Under the pieces are notes generated by a model. It had not been told where the DNA came from. It did no database searches and was given only the letters and a program-made list of their open reading frames with translations. Shown one piece after another: positions 16,897 to 26,848 of a DNA stretch of 64,000 bases (positions are counted from its first letter, which is position 1; the number at the start of each line of letters is the position of its first letter). Position numbers and translations under genes: made by a program. The DNA comes from Candidatus Anstonellales archaeon (GTDB lineage Archaea; Micrarchaeota; Micrarchaeia; Anstonellales; J096), in the NCBI GenBank assembly GCA_038890615.1, contig JAWAFI010000001.1, positions 227,836-291,835 of the forward strand, in the 5' to 3' direction.

Positions 16897-18252
16897 ATGG
16901 CACGAAGAATATACATCCTTGAAGGATTTCCTGAGGAGATAATAGCAGTTGCATTCGCAAAAACGAGCAGGAGCCCTGACCCATTTGACCAGACAGCAAA
17001 GGAGCTTAATGATGACAAGGCGCGGCAGTTCCATGAGAGGTGGGTGGTAGGCTATGGCCACTCGAGCGTTGCAGAGCATGCAGTGCTTCATATAGCAATG
17101 GAAGGGGTAAGCAGGCTTGCAGTGGAAAGGATAGAATCAGCAAGATTGGCTTCCTATACTGAAAAAAGCACACGCTACCAAACCATCACAAAAGACTCCT
17201 TCTTATTCCCTGAGGAGTTTTCAGGGAAGTATGACAAGCAGTATGAGGAGTTCATAGACTTCGTGTATAGGGCTTATTCAGAAAGCCTTGATGCTTTTAT
17301 ACCTTATTTCAAGGAGAGGATGCAAAAGAAGGAAGGGGAGCAGGACAAGGCCTATGAAATAAGGGTAAGGGCCGCATCACTTGACAGGGCAAGATTCCTC
17401 CTGACAAACTCAATGCTTGCAAATGTAGGCATGACAGTTAATGCAAGGGAATTGGAGAGATGCCTTGTGAAGCTGCTTTCTTCCAATGTCAAGGAGGTAA
17501 GGGATATAGCAGAGGAGATTAAAAGGGAAGCGCTAAAGGCAACCCCAACCCTTGTGAAGTATGCAAACCCAAGTGCTTATATTCAGGAATGCGAAGCGCA
17601 CTACTTTGCAATACATAGGGAAGAAAGGAGCGGAAATGCAGAGCCAGTTAGGCTTATGCATTACACAAGGGACGGGGTGATAAGGGTCATTGCTGCAATA
17701 ATGTTCAGGCATTCTGGGCTGGATTATGAGCAGTGCTACAAGAAGGCAATGGCAATGACTGCTGAAGAGAGGAAAAGCTACCTAAGCAAGGCGCTTTCAG
17801 TTGGGAGCTTTGACACCCCTGTAAGGGAGCTTGAGCAATCTTCTTATACCTTTGAGCTTGTGATGGATGAAGGGGCTTTCTGCGAATTCAAGAGACACAG
17901 GATACTGTCTCCTGTATACCAAAAGCCTTCTGCACTGCTTGGCTACTACATGCCAAAGGAGTTTGCGGAGGTTGGAAAAGAAGGGCTTTTCAGGGAAGCA
18001 ATGGAGCGCTCTGAAGGGCTTTACAAAGAAATAGAAAAGGAGATGCCTGAGCAGGCTGAGTATGCCATAACCAATGCCCATAATAGGAGGGTCTTAGTCA
18101 CCATGAACGCAAGGGAGCTCTACCATTATATAAGGCTAAGGGCCTCTCCTGCGGCGCACTTCACAATAAGGGAGATTACGCAGAAGATGCATGAGGAGCT
18201 GAAGAAGATGCACCCGGAGATCTTTGAGCCCCTTAAGCCAAGGGAGAAGTAA
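16897..18252 (+). CDS. thyX: Flavin-dependent thymidylate synthase ThyX, tandem-duplicated ThyX fold
   Basis: First half GHSSVAEHAVLHIAMEGVSR...ASYTEKSTRY (ThyX HxSVxEH and S...RY motifs). Second half FTFELVMDEGAFCEFKRHRILS (RHR motif). At 451 aa it is about twice the usual size. Confidence 0.65.
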   Translation: MARRIYILEGFPEEIIAVAFAKTSRSPDPFDQTAKELNDDKARQFHERWVVGYGHSSVAEHAVLHIAMEGVSRLAVERIESARLASYTEKSTRYQTITKDSFLFPEEFSGKYDKQYEEFIDFVYRAYSESLDAFIPYFKERMQKKEGEQDKAYEIRVRAASLDRARFLLTNSMLANVGMTVNARELERCLVKLLSSNVKEVRDIAEEIKREALKATPTLVKYANPSAYIQECEAHYFAIHREERSGNAEPVRLMHYTRDGVIRVIAAIMFRHSGLDYEQCYKKAMAMTAEERKSYLSKALSVGSFDTPVRELEQSSYTFELVMDEGAFCEFKRHRILSPVYQKPSALLGYYMPKEFAEVGKEGLFREAMERSEGLYKEIEKEMPEQAEYAITNAHNRRVLVTMNARELYHYIRLRASPAAHFTIREITQKMHEELKKMHPEIFEPLKPREK

Positions 18253-18963
18253 TCAGAACAGGCTAATATCTGCATTGCTTCCTTTGGATTGGCTCTTTTC
18301 TGCCTCATCAAGCTGCTTGCTGACCAAAACTGCAGCCCCTCCTTTTATGGCTAAAAACTTTAATTCCTCCTCTATTTTCATTAGCAACTCTATTTTCTTT
18401 TCCCTTGCAATAATGCCCCTTTTTGAGAACTCATCTATAACATCAATGGAGAACCTGATTGTCTTGTCAATCACTTCAGCAATCCTTTCTGGCTCATCCT
18501 CCTCTTTCTTTAGTATTGAGAGAACCCTTATCCTTTTCATTGCGTATTCAATTGCCAACTCAGGGCTTTCAGTATAGAAATGAAGGTGCATGATCCTTTT
18601 GTATATTTTCTGCTCCTTTCCCTTGTCCTCCATCTCAGCGCTTTCCTGCGCAAGTGAATTAAATTTGGAAACAAGGTCTATGAACCATTTCTGCTCCCTT
18701 ATGGCTTTTGCCTCCTTTGAGTATACCTCCATCGAGCCCTTGTCCACGCTGCACCTTTGCTTAAGCTCGCTCAGCTTCATGCAGATCCTTTTGCCCAGCT
18801 CTATGTAGTCTATTGACTTGCCCACAAGCTTGGAAAGATTCTTGAAAAGAAGGAAAACCTCTTCTTCAATCAGGCCAGCCCTGCCTTCTTGGATGCCTTC
18901 ATGGCGCTCATCCCTCTTGGGCTTGCTGCCCTTGAATATCATGCGCCTGAAGTTCATAAGCAT
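18253..18963 (-). CDS. Hypothetical protein
   Basis: 236-aa ORF with good codon periodicity downstream of the polD operon; no recognisable motifs. Confidence 0.3.
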   Translation of the reverse strand: MLMNFRRMIFKGSKPKRDERHEGIQEGRAGLIEEEVFLLFKNLSKLVGKSIDYIELGKRICMKLSELKQRCSVDKGSMEVYSKEAKAIREQKWFIDLVSKFNSLAQESAEMEDKGKEQKIYKRIMHLHFYTESPELAIEYAMKRIRVLSILKKEEDEPERIAEVIDKTIRFSIDVIDEFSKRGIIAREKKIELLMKIEEELKFLAIKGGAAVLVSKQLDEAEKSQSKGSNADISLF

Positions 18964-19001
18964 TATTCTGCAGGACCCTTTTATTAATTTTGCCTTAATA
19001 G

Positions 19002-22000
19002 CTACATAAACTCAGTTATGCCTTTCTGCTTCCTTTTTTCCTGCCCGAATATGCTTTCTGTAGCTGCCTTGAAAAGCTCGAGCCTTTCCTTGAGGTAGGG
19101 TGAAAGGCTATACTTATCAACCATCTCACTGGCTATCTCAAGGAACTTCAGCACCCCGCCTTTGCTCACAGTGAGGGCAATGCTCCCTCCGCACCTAGTG
19201 CACTTCCCTACAAGAGGCACCCTTCTGTAAATGGCATTGCACTTAACGCACCTGAAACCTTGCCTGCTGAACTTCCTGAGGTTTCCATACAAGTCAGGGA
19301 GGAAGTGGCTTGTGATAACCCTTTCGGCTGCATCTTGGAAATCAACAGCCCGCAGCTTGGAGTGTATCCTCATCTCTTCATCTATCTTTTCAGGCACAGA
19401 ATTGAAAAGCTTGTAAGTGCTCCTTACAGGACCTGCGTCTATTGTTGCCGTGTGATGGGTGTAGTCAAGAGGGCCGTACTGCTCCTCCTTCCCTATGATG
19501 TCCTTGACAGTCCTTACCTTGACCTCGCTTGGGCTCTTAAGCTCTGAAGCAGCCCTGTAGAACTCAGCTCCATACTCAGGCACTATTTCCATTGCATAAA
19601 CCTCATCGTCAACCTCTTCAGGGTCTATGATTGTGGTAAGCACTATTGGGGCGTCCATTGTGCCCCCCCTGCTCCTTCCAAGGAAGTGCTTGCTGAAGTT
19701 AAGGAGCGCGTCAAGGAGCAGCATAATGCTGTCCTCATCCCCATCGCAGTTCCTCCTTTTTGCTGTGTGGAAGTAAGGATGGCAGAATTGCACATCTGCC
19801 TTGGTAAAACCTATTACCCTGCCAACAACAGCAGCAGAGGTATGAGGGGAGAGGCCAAGGACAAGGTGCCCTACGAGATCCTCTTTTTTCTTTAGGTTGT
19901 AGAATGGCTTTTCTTTGTAGAGGTAAACTAGCAGCTCATCTATGAACTGGCTTACCCTCACAAAGTATTCCCCTGCCTTTTCAGGTATTATAACATCCTG
20001 CACTTTTAGGGGGAGCATCTGGGTGTCAAAAGAAAGCTCCTCGTTGTATATGTCTTTTGAGTAGCCAAGCTCCTTTAGCTTCTCAACAGGCGTCCCTATC
20101 TCAGCAGGCATAAACTGGGTGAGCGGGGCATTTATCATGTCATACCTTGCAGTACCGTCCTTGTTCACATATATGCCGTACTTCTCCCTGAGGAAACCTT
20201 TCTCAATGCGCTCTGCCTCTTTCTCCTTGCCTATGAGCCCCTGCACTCCAATAAGGGCTTTCGGGGAATAGCCAAGCCGCTTTGAGGCTGCCTCAAAAAG
20301 CTCCTTGAAGCCAACAACCTTCCTTATCCAAGGGGAGCATTCCTTTCCGCAATGGGCAGAAGACCTTACTTTTTTGTTGCAAACCTGGCAGATGTACATT
20401 CGCTCTGCCCTTGAGCCGCATAGACCGCAAAGCTTGTAGGGCTGGGAAGTGTTGCACCTGCTGCAGTAATAGATTGCAATCTCGACAGAGCTCTCGTAGC
20501 CAGATTTGCCTTCATAGACAAGGTTCAGGTTCCTCCTTGTGACGCCTGTGGGGTAAAGGACATGCGGCTTGCCGTTCATCATCCTGGGCTCTGCTTTTTC
20601 AGGCCTGCCCATCCTTGCGCCTATGAAAGTGCCTGCTCGATCCCTTATCTCAACCCCTGAAAGAAATGAGAGCGCTTGGAATATGTCCATTGAGCTTATT
20701 GCTTCCTTTGCCTTTTCTGCCTCTTCCTTTGACTTGCGAAGCATGCCAAGCGTGTAAAGGAGGGCGCACGAGTAATCCTCCTTGATGTAGAGCTGGCCAT
20801 CAACCTTTTTGAATTCGCAGCCAAGCTTAGCAAGCGTGTCTGAAAGGGCGCTGTTGAGTATGAGCACATCGCCTTTCTGGGGGGCGCCTACCAGCGAGTC
20901 AATAAGGGCAATAAGCTCATCCTTAGATACTTGGTTCCAGAACAGCAGGTATTTGGGGTGCAGAGGCACATTGTAGATCTTGGAGAACTCAAATGCATCT
21001 TCACAGCTCCCTATTGACTTTGCGCCTCCTTTTTCCTTGCATTCTGCGCTCCACCACTCCTCGCAGTAGCCTGCTGGCACCAGAGGATGGCCTGACTTCT
21101 GGAAATCTCCGTATGTTATAAGTATGTCCCCTAGGTAATAGACCTTTTCCACCTTGCCCTTTACTTCCATTGCCCTTTCAAGCGAATTCAGACGCTCAAC
21201 GCTTCCATCATTAAGCATTACTAAGGGCCCCTCTATGCTTGTGCATGAGGTAATTGTTGAGCTCTTGCCAGGCCTTTCAACTTTCATCTGCGTGCCATGG
21301 GCTATGAAGTCATCAAGTATGACCATTGTAGCGGGATGTATTGCCTTTGCCATTATGCCTGTTGTGCGCGCCCTTCCATACCTGAGCCTGAAGCCGCCGC
21401 TGGCCATTGGATAGGAGAAGATCGGCCTGCCTGCAACAAGGCCTTCAAGGTACTTAAAGCTCGGCTTTATCTCAGTCTTGCTCTCTTTGCTTGTCACTAC
21501 TTTTATTACCTTCTCCAGCCACTCCCAGTCAAGGTTGAACTTCCTTGCGTATTTCAGCACCTTCATTGCCTTCTGCGCAATGCCTTCGCATGAAACAAGC
21601 GCAACCCCACCCCTGACTTTGTTTGTATTCACCCTTTCCAGGTTCCTGTAGGCGCTTACCTCAAAGTCCTCTGTGGGGTGGCCATTTATGCATATCGGGC
21701 AGTTCCTGAATATGTGCCTTATATCATCATCAGAGGGCTTGTACTGGAGCTTGGCAGCCCTTGCATCGTAGAGGTTAACCTCCTCAACATAGCGCTCAAT
21801 CTCATTTTCCATTGGGGAGTAGCGCCCGATCCCAAGCTTCTGCCTGGCATAGTCAGCAAGCAGCACTGTCATTGCAACAGCAGTGCCCCCTGCCCCCCTT
21901 ATCGGGCCTGCATAATAGATGGAGACATAATTGCTCCCTTTCCATTCTTCAATTTTCACTTCAACGATCCCCTCTGTTGGGGCAACAACAACACCTTCTG

Positions 22001-22316
22001 TAATCACTGCAGTGCCTGTCCTGACTGCCATCTCTACCTTCTGCTGCTGGCTGAAATCCCCAAATTCTCCGCTGCATATCATTTCAGCAAGCTTAAAGGC
22101 AATCTCCTCCCTGCCAAGGCCCTGCGCCTCAAGCTCCCTTATGCGCGCAGCCACCCCTTTTGGGCCAACTATTGCCTCCACCCTTCCTGCCATGTCCTTT
22201 GCAACCTCTATCTCCACCTTGTCCTCAGGGTCATATCCCAGCGACCGTGCCCTTGCTGCTATGGAGAAGCATTCGCTTATGCCTTTCATTATGCTCTCGC
22301 TGTATTCAGCTGTCAA
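19002..22316 (-). CDS. DNA polymerase II (PolD) large subunit DP2
   Basis: 1104 aa. Cys clusters CSRCNTSQPYKLCGLCGS and CVKCN...CTRCGG, and overall DP2 similarity. Overlaps the DP1 gene by 11 nt. Confidence 0.9.
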   Translation of the reverse strand: MTAEYSESIMKGISECFSIAARARSLGYDPEDKVEIEVAKDMAGRVEAIVGPKGVAARIRELEAQGLGREEIAFKLAEMICSGEFGDFSQQQKVEMAVRTGTAVITEGVVVAPTEGIVEVKIEEWKGSNYVSIYYAGPIRGAGGTAVAMTVLLADYARQKLGIGRYSPMENEIERYVEEVNLYDARAAKLQYKPSDDDIRHIFRNCPICINGHPTEDFEVSAYRNLERVNTNKVRGGVALVSCEGIAQKAMKVLKYARKFNLDWEWLEKVIKVVTSKESKTEIKPSFKYLEGLVAGRPIFSYPMASGGFRLRYGRARTTGIMAKAIHPATMVILDDFIAHGTQMKVERPGKSSTITSCTSIEGPLVMLNDGSVERLNSLERAMEVKGKVEKVYYLGDILITYGDFQKSGHPLVPAGYCEEWWSAECKEKGGAKSIGSCEDAFEFSKIYNVPLHPKYLLFWNQVSKDELIALIDSLVGAPQKGDVLILNSALSDTLAKLGCEFKKVDGQLYIKEDYSCALLYTLGMLRKSKEEAEKAKEAISSMDIFQALSFLSGVEIRDRAGTFIGARMGRPEKAEPRMMNGKPHVLYPTGVTRRNLNLVYEGKSGYESSVEIAIYYCSRCNTSQPYKLCGLCGSRAERMYICQVCNKKVRSSAHCGKECSPWIRKVVGFKELFEAASKRLGYSPKALIGVQGLIGKEKEAERIEKGFLREKYGIYVNKDGTARYDMINAPLTQFMPAEIGTPVEKLKELGYSKDIYNEELSFDTQMLPLKVQDVIIPEKAGEYFVRVSQFIDELLVYLYKEKPFYNLKKKEDLVGHLVLGLSPHTSAAVVGRVIGFTKADVQFCHPYFHTAKRRNCDGDEDSIMLLLDALLNFSKHFLGRSRGGTMDAPIVLTTIIDPEEVDDEVYAMEIVPEYGAEFYRAASELKSPSEVKVRTVKDIIGKEEQYGPLDYTHHTATIDAGPVRSTYKLFNSVPEKIDEEMRIHSKLRAVDFQDAAERVITSHFLPDLYGNLRKFSRQGFRCVKCNAIYRRVPLVGKCTRCGGSIALTVSKGGVLKFLEIASEMVDKYSLSPYLKERLELFKAATESIFGQEKRKQKGITEFM

Positions 22317-23724
22317 ACCTAACCACCTTTAGCTCATTGTACTTGAGCTCATTGATGTAAACAATCCCTGGCGTTGGCACGTGGCCCATCTTTATCTGGA
22401 AATCTGTTATTCCTTGGAAGGTGCCTGAGTTGATTACCCTTGTGCCCCTGTACTCAGCGCTTGCGTTCCTGTGCACGTGGCCTGCATGGAATATGTCTGG
22501 CTCATCTTCTATAACCAAGTAATCCACAGGATTTGGGTAGATAGGGTTAGTGCCATAGATGGGGCTGAGGTGCCTGTGCTTAAGCATCTCAACCATAACC
22601 CCTTCTGGATGCATATAAGTCATGTTAGGCATTGCAGCGATAACAGAGTCCATCCCTGTGCCGTGGTAGAGAAGGTGCTTGAACCCATCAATAGATACAA
22701 ACGAGGGGTTGCCCACTGCTACCACCCTGCTGTCAACATAATCCTTTAGCGATTCCTGAGGCTCCGCCCTTCTTCCTGCATCGTGGTTGCCAGGTAGCAC
22801 TATTACTTCTATGTAATCAGGGATTGCCTCAATGAAGCTGTTGAACATCCCATACTGCCCCTCTATTGTCTTGACAGAAAGCTCCTTCTCCTGCTCAGGG
22901 TAGATCCCAACGCCATCAACAACATCACCTGCAACCACAATATACTTCACCTTTTCTGCAAGCTCTTTCTTCTCTCCCTGCAGGTTGAGCCACCTTGTAA
23001 ACCTGTCAAAATAAGAGCTTAGGAACTGGCTGCTCCCAAAATGTATGTCAGATATGTAAGCAACAGCAAGGTCCCTTTCCCCAAGCTTCTTCTCCTTTAT
23101 GCGCAAGTCGGGAAGCCATATGTCCTCTACTATCAGGAACTCCTTTTTCACAGAAACTTCAAGGGCCACTACGTCATCAACAACAATGTTTTGGAGCTTC
23201 TTGGCAACCTCGTCCCTTGATGGGACTATAGCTATGAAAGAGGAGGTTTGATCCTCAACAACAAGCATCGTGTTCCCTTTTTTTGTGGGCCGGATGTCTG
23301 TAATCATCACTATTACAGTGGCATTGCCTGAGCCTGCCTTCTTTGCATCCTCAAGGCTCATCTCCTCGTATTTCTTGGTCTTGCCCCGCAGCAGCCTTGC
23401 CAGCCTTTCGTACCTGTTCCTAAACATACCCACAAAATCCTCAACCTCGCCCCTTCCTGTGTTCTTTCCAGTTACATCAAACTGGTCGTGCCTCTGTATT
23501 TCAGCATCATACTCAGCAGCAATAGGCCTTTTTTCAGAGCGCTCTACCACTTCCACCTTTGGGAGCTTTGAGCCCTCTATGGCGCGCAGCGCGTCTTCCT
23601 TGGAGATGATGTCCTTGTGAAGCTCGAGCAGCCTTTCAATTATGTCTGCTGGGGCTCCGTTTATGAGTTCTTCTGCATCTAGCTCTACGCGTACCCCTTT
23701 TTCAAGAAGGCGGCTTACGTTCAT
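22306..23724 (-). CDS. DNA polymerase II (PolD) small subunit DP1 (calcineurin-like phosphoesterase)
   Basis: DIHFGS, VVAGDVVDGVG and LPGNHDA metallophosphoesterase motifs; located upstream of DP2. Confidence 0.85.
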   Translation of the reverse strand: MNVSRLLEKGVRVELDAEELINGAPADIIERLLELHKDIISKEDALRAIEGSKLPKVEVVERSEKRPIAAEYDAEIQRHDQFDVTGKNTGRGEVEDFVGMFRNRYERLARLLRGKTKKYEEMSLEDAKKAGSGNATVIVMITDIRPTKKGNTMLVVEDQTSSFIAIVPSRDEVAKKLQNIVVDDVVALEVSVKKEFLIVEDIWLPDLRIKEKKLGERDLAVAYISDIHFGSSQFLSSYFDRFTRWLNLQGEKKELAEKVKYIVVAGDVVDGVGIYPEQEKELSVKTIEGQYGMFNSFIEAIPDYIEVIVLPGNHDAGRRAEPQESLKDYVDSRVVAVGNPSFVSIDGFKHLLYHGTGMDSVIAAMPNMTYMHPEGVMVEMLKHRHLSPIYGTNPIYPNPVDYLVIEDEPDIFHAGHVHRNASAEYRGTRVINSGTFQGITDFQIKMGHVPTPGIVYINELKYNELKVVRFDS

Positions 23725-23978
23725 TTAACCGTTTCAAGCATGCTTATTATGTTCCAAATCTGGGTCCTTGTATGCACAGGAATGTTTGGCTCATTGCTAA
23801 GCGGCTCTATTATGTAAAGGGCAGCGCTTGCCCTTACATCATCACTTCCATCGCCTGACTCAAGCTTCTGCCTTGCCTCTGCCATTGCCTTCTTTATGTT
23901 CTTAGGGACAAGCGGGTCATCTTCAACCATCTTTATCATTGCAATTATATTATCAAGCGTCATTAGGTTCACCTCCAA
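23721..23978 (-). CDS. UPF0147 family small archaeal protein
   Basis: 85 aa with LDNIIAMIKMVEDDPLVPKNIKKAMAEA, the typical family pattern. Confidence 0.55.
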   Translation of the reverse strand: MEVNLMTLDNIIAMIKMVEDDPLVPKNIKKAMAEARQKLESGDGSDDVRASAALYIIEPLSNEPNIPVHTRTQIWNIISMLETVK

Positions 23979-24055
23979 GAACCAGCAATTTTATAGAGCA
24001 CGCTTATTTTTAAAGGTTAGCTGGAACAAGGCAAAATACTGAGTCAAAGAATGGC

Positions 24056-26188
24056 CTATAAAAGCTTGAGCTTGCACTCTTCAAGGAAGCCAAAGAATTC
24101 TTCTTGGCTTGCAAATTGTTTAATAGCTTTTTCGCCTGAATCAATTATAGAAACACCAGTGCCGGACAGAACAACCGACACCTTCTTTTTCTCCTCTGGC
24201 AAAATGAAATTGAGTTCAATGGATTTTTCCTTGCAGTTGACCACTGCCTCATCAAGGAAATAAAGCTTTTTGTCAAGGAACCTTATCCGCTTTCCGACAT
24301 TGGAGAAAATGAATTCAACAACCGGATTGATTTCACCAAGCTGAGCTTCCACCTCAAGGCCAATCTCTGCGCTTTCCTTTTTTGTAGAAGCGAGCGAAAA
24401 GCAGCCGTTCCTAAGCAAAAGCTCTGTTGTTTTGGAAGTCTTTTTGGAAGGAGTTTCTACAAACACGCTTATGCTTGAAGCGCTTATTTTTATGGTGCTT
24501 GCCTTCCTGCTTTTCTCGCCTTTCCCTTTCATCTTGAGCAAAATGGGCTTTTCTTCCATAAGCCCAGAAACAATCCTTTGGTCAATGTAGAGCTCAAAGC
24601 CCTTCACGTACATTGGGGCTCCAGCCCTTCTGGCATCAATAACATCTAGGAGGCCGACCTCTTCCTTTGGGCTCTCTGGGATGGCAGTTGCCCACCAATC
24701 CTTGCCTTCCTTGTAAATAGAATAAATGTTCCCATTGCCAACTGCCTTGAAAGCCCTTCTCCTGCTTCCTATCTCAATTTCTCTAACCTGCACCAGCGCA
24801 CTTTCCCCCAAGAATTCAATCCTGCACTTGTTCCCCAAGAATTCTGGGCTTATTGAAAGCTCCTTTTTGGCTTTCTTTTTTTCAGCAAGCTCCTTCTGGG
24901 CTATTGACATGCCTTCCACTTCATAGGAGTTTTGGTCATTGTCTTTTGCTGATGCAGTAAAAACCCATTCCCTTACTCCTCTCCTCTTCAAAGAAAGCAG
25001 AACCTCAAGCTTGCCTTCATTTGTGGAAACATTAAAGGCCAAGCGCGTGCCTTCATCTTCGCTGTAAGTGCCTGAAACCTTCTTCACAACCCCTGAAAAT
25101 TGAATAACATTTTGTGCCATTACCTTCTCTTCTTCCAACATCCTCTTCAAGGCTTCTTCATCAATGGGCCCTTTCTTGGGCTTGGATGAAACCTTTCTGC
25201 AATGAAGCGTGATCTCTGAGTTGACTGGATTCACTATGAAATCAAGAGGCAATGAGAAAGTGCCGGCCCTTTCAGGGGCGCCTTCGCTTATCAGAATTGC
25301 TTCTGGGGTTGCCCTTCCCTCCACGAGGATCTCAAGGCTAGGGGTTGGCTTTTGGGTTGGCAGTTCCTCTATTGGCCCTTGCTTCTTTGGCTCAGGGAGC
25401 ATTGGAATCTCCTTTGCCCTTTCGTATTGCACGAGTGGTAAAAGCTGTGGGAATTTTACAGAGAGAGTTGGCGGCTTTTGCCACACAGCCAAAGAGCAGC
25501 GCTCCAATTGCGAGGGCTGCAAAGGTATTGCAAAGTCAGAAGGAGGCAATATAGTTGGCTTTGGCATTGGCGCCTTCCTTATAACTGCCAGCGAGCATTC
25601 TGCCTTTTGAGAAGGAATTAGGACAACAAACTCATCGCCGTAAAGCGCTTGTGAGGTTATTCCCAAACCTTCCTGCCTGAACTCAATGTTGAATAGGCCT
25701 TTCCTTTCGCTTTGCATTCCCTGCTTAAGCTCGTGCTCTTCTCTTTTTTTCTCATAAATGTTGATCGCAAAGATGCTGAAAGCAGAGCCCATGAATGCAT
25801 ATGCAGCAAGCATCATTGGGGAAAGAAGCGTTAGTGGAGCAGGGGCAAAGAAAATTGCTGCCAATGAGAGGTTCCTTACAATCCTCATCCATTCCTTAAA
25901 GGCCGACTTTAGCGGCTTTTTTGAAAAATACCTTTCTGCCCTTAGCCCTGCGCTTATCAATGCAGAGCCCCCTAATACCTCATTTGCCAATGGGGTAAAA
26001 ACAGGTGCGCCTTTGGCAAGGCCAACTGTTGCATCATAAATCAATGAGCCAGCTATCAAAGGGATGAGCAAATTCTTTGCTGGCCTGTTAACCCTGAGCA
26101 GTCCTTCGCTGTCCCTCTCAAGCAGCTTAAACCTCTTCGGCTTCTTGGCTGAGCCAGCAGGCTTTTGATGCACTGCTTCTTTCTGCAT
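24056..26188 (-). CDS. Large membrane-anchored hypothetical protein (N-terminal TM bundle plus about 550-aa soluble region)
   Basis: 710 aa. Hydrophobic segments lie within the first 140 aa. It contains the short internal repeat AECSLAVIRKAP / ERCSLAVWQKPP and is co-oriented downstream of the pilin genes. Confidence 0.4.
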   Translation of the reverse strand: MQKEAVHQKPAGSAKKPKRFKLLERDSEGLLRVNRPAKNLLIPLIAGSLIYDATVGLAKGAPVFTPLANEVLGGSALISAGLRAERYFSKKPLKSAFKEWMRIVRNLSLAAIFFAPAPLTLLSPMMLAAYAFMGSAFSIFAINIYEKKREEHELKQGMQSERKGLFNIEFRQEGLGITSQALYGDEFVVLIPSQKAECSLAVIRKAPMPKPTILPPSDFAIPLQPSQLERCSLAVWQKPPTLSVKFPQLLPLVQYERAKEIPMLPEPKKQGPIEELPTQKPTPSLEILVEGRATPEAILISEGAPERAGTFSLPLDFIVNPVNSEITLHCRKVSSKPKKGPIDEEALKRMLEEEKVMAQNVIQFSGVVKKVSGTYSEDEGTRLAFNVSTNEGKLEVLLSLKRRGVREWVFTASAKDNDQNSYEVEGMSIAQKELAEKKKAKKELSISPEFLGNKCRIEFLGESALVQVREIEIGSRRRAFKAVGNGNIYSIYKEGKDWWATAIPESPKEEVGLLDVIDARRAGAPMYVKGFELYIDQRIVSGLMEEKPILLKMKGKGEKSRKASTIKISASSISVFVETPSKKTSKTTELLLRNGCFSLASTKKESAEIGLEVEAQLGEINPVVEFIFSNVGKRIRFLDKKLYFLDEAVVNCKEKSIELNFILPEEKKKVSVVLSGTGVSIIDSGEKAIKQFASQEEFFGFLEECKLKLL

Positions 26189-26219
26189 GTGAATTCTCCC
26201 CTTAGTGAATATTTAAACC

Positions 26220-26579
26220 TTACTCAAGGAAAATCATTCCATTCCTGTTGACTGCCCTTGAGGGCCGCTCAATGGATGAGAATGCGCAATTGGAAGAAAT
26301 TTTTTCCTGAGCCCTTCCATACACGAGGTTTCCGTCAACAACCTTTCCTCTTATTGAGAGCGAAACAGAGTTCCCATCGCCAGAGGAGCATACGAAGTTT
26401 ATTGCAGAGGAAATCTCACCTGCTTCCTGCTTGGCAATGCTTATCTCGCTTATCCGGTCCCCTGCATCCTTGAGGTAGCTTAGGGTTTCAATGGAAACTG
26501 CTAGCAAGGAAAGGGCAACAATGCCAACAAGCAGGAATTCGGCTGTAACCTGGGCTAGTCGCACCTGTTTTCTTTGCAT
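26220..26579 (-). CDS. Archaeal type IV pilin-like protein (class III signal peptide)
   Basis: N-terminus MQRKQVRLAQVTAEFLLVGIVALSLLAV matches the [KR]..A/G-Q...E-hydrophobic prepilin pattern. Confidence 0.45.
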   Translation of the reverse strand: MQRKQVRLAQVTAEFLLVGIVALSLLAVSIETLSYLKDAGDRISEISIAKQEAGEISSAINFVCSSGDGNSVSLSIRGKVVDGNLVYGRAQEKISSNCAFSSIERPSRAVNRNGMIFLE

Positions 26580-26848
26580 ATTCCTGATTGGCAGTCAGAA
26601 TTCTCTATGCAGTAGCCGCCTGGGCCAACTGCCAGCGAGCCCTCTGCCTTGTCAATTACCTTTTCAGTCATGTTTGAAACTTTGGCTCCTGTTTCCTTGG
26701 CGCTGCCTATAAGTTGGGTTGCAACTATTGCCACAACTGCCACAACCACCACTAGCACCAGAAGCATCTCAGCCGAAACCTGCCCTTTAGCGTATGTACG
26801 AGGTATCTTCACCACCAACCTGCTTTGTGCTATTAAGCTCTTCCTCAA
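26555..26848 (-). CDS. Archaeal type IV pilin with a Cys-rich C-terminal module
   Basis: Classic class III signal YAKGQVSAEMLLVLVVVVAV (KG|Q cleavage site, Glu at +5). C-terminus GGYCIENSDCQSGICKENRCD. Confidence 0.6.
   Translation of the reverse strand: MRKSLIAQSRLVVKIPRTYAKGQVSAEMLLVLVVVVAVVAIVATQLIGSAKETGAKVSNMTEKVIDKAEGSLAVGPGGYCIENSDCQSGICKENRCD

Noticed and set aside
19002-22316. Possible intein in the PolD large subunit
   Set aside because: At 1104 aa it is ordinary for an intein-free DP2, and no intein motifs were seen in the translation.
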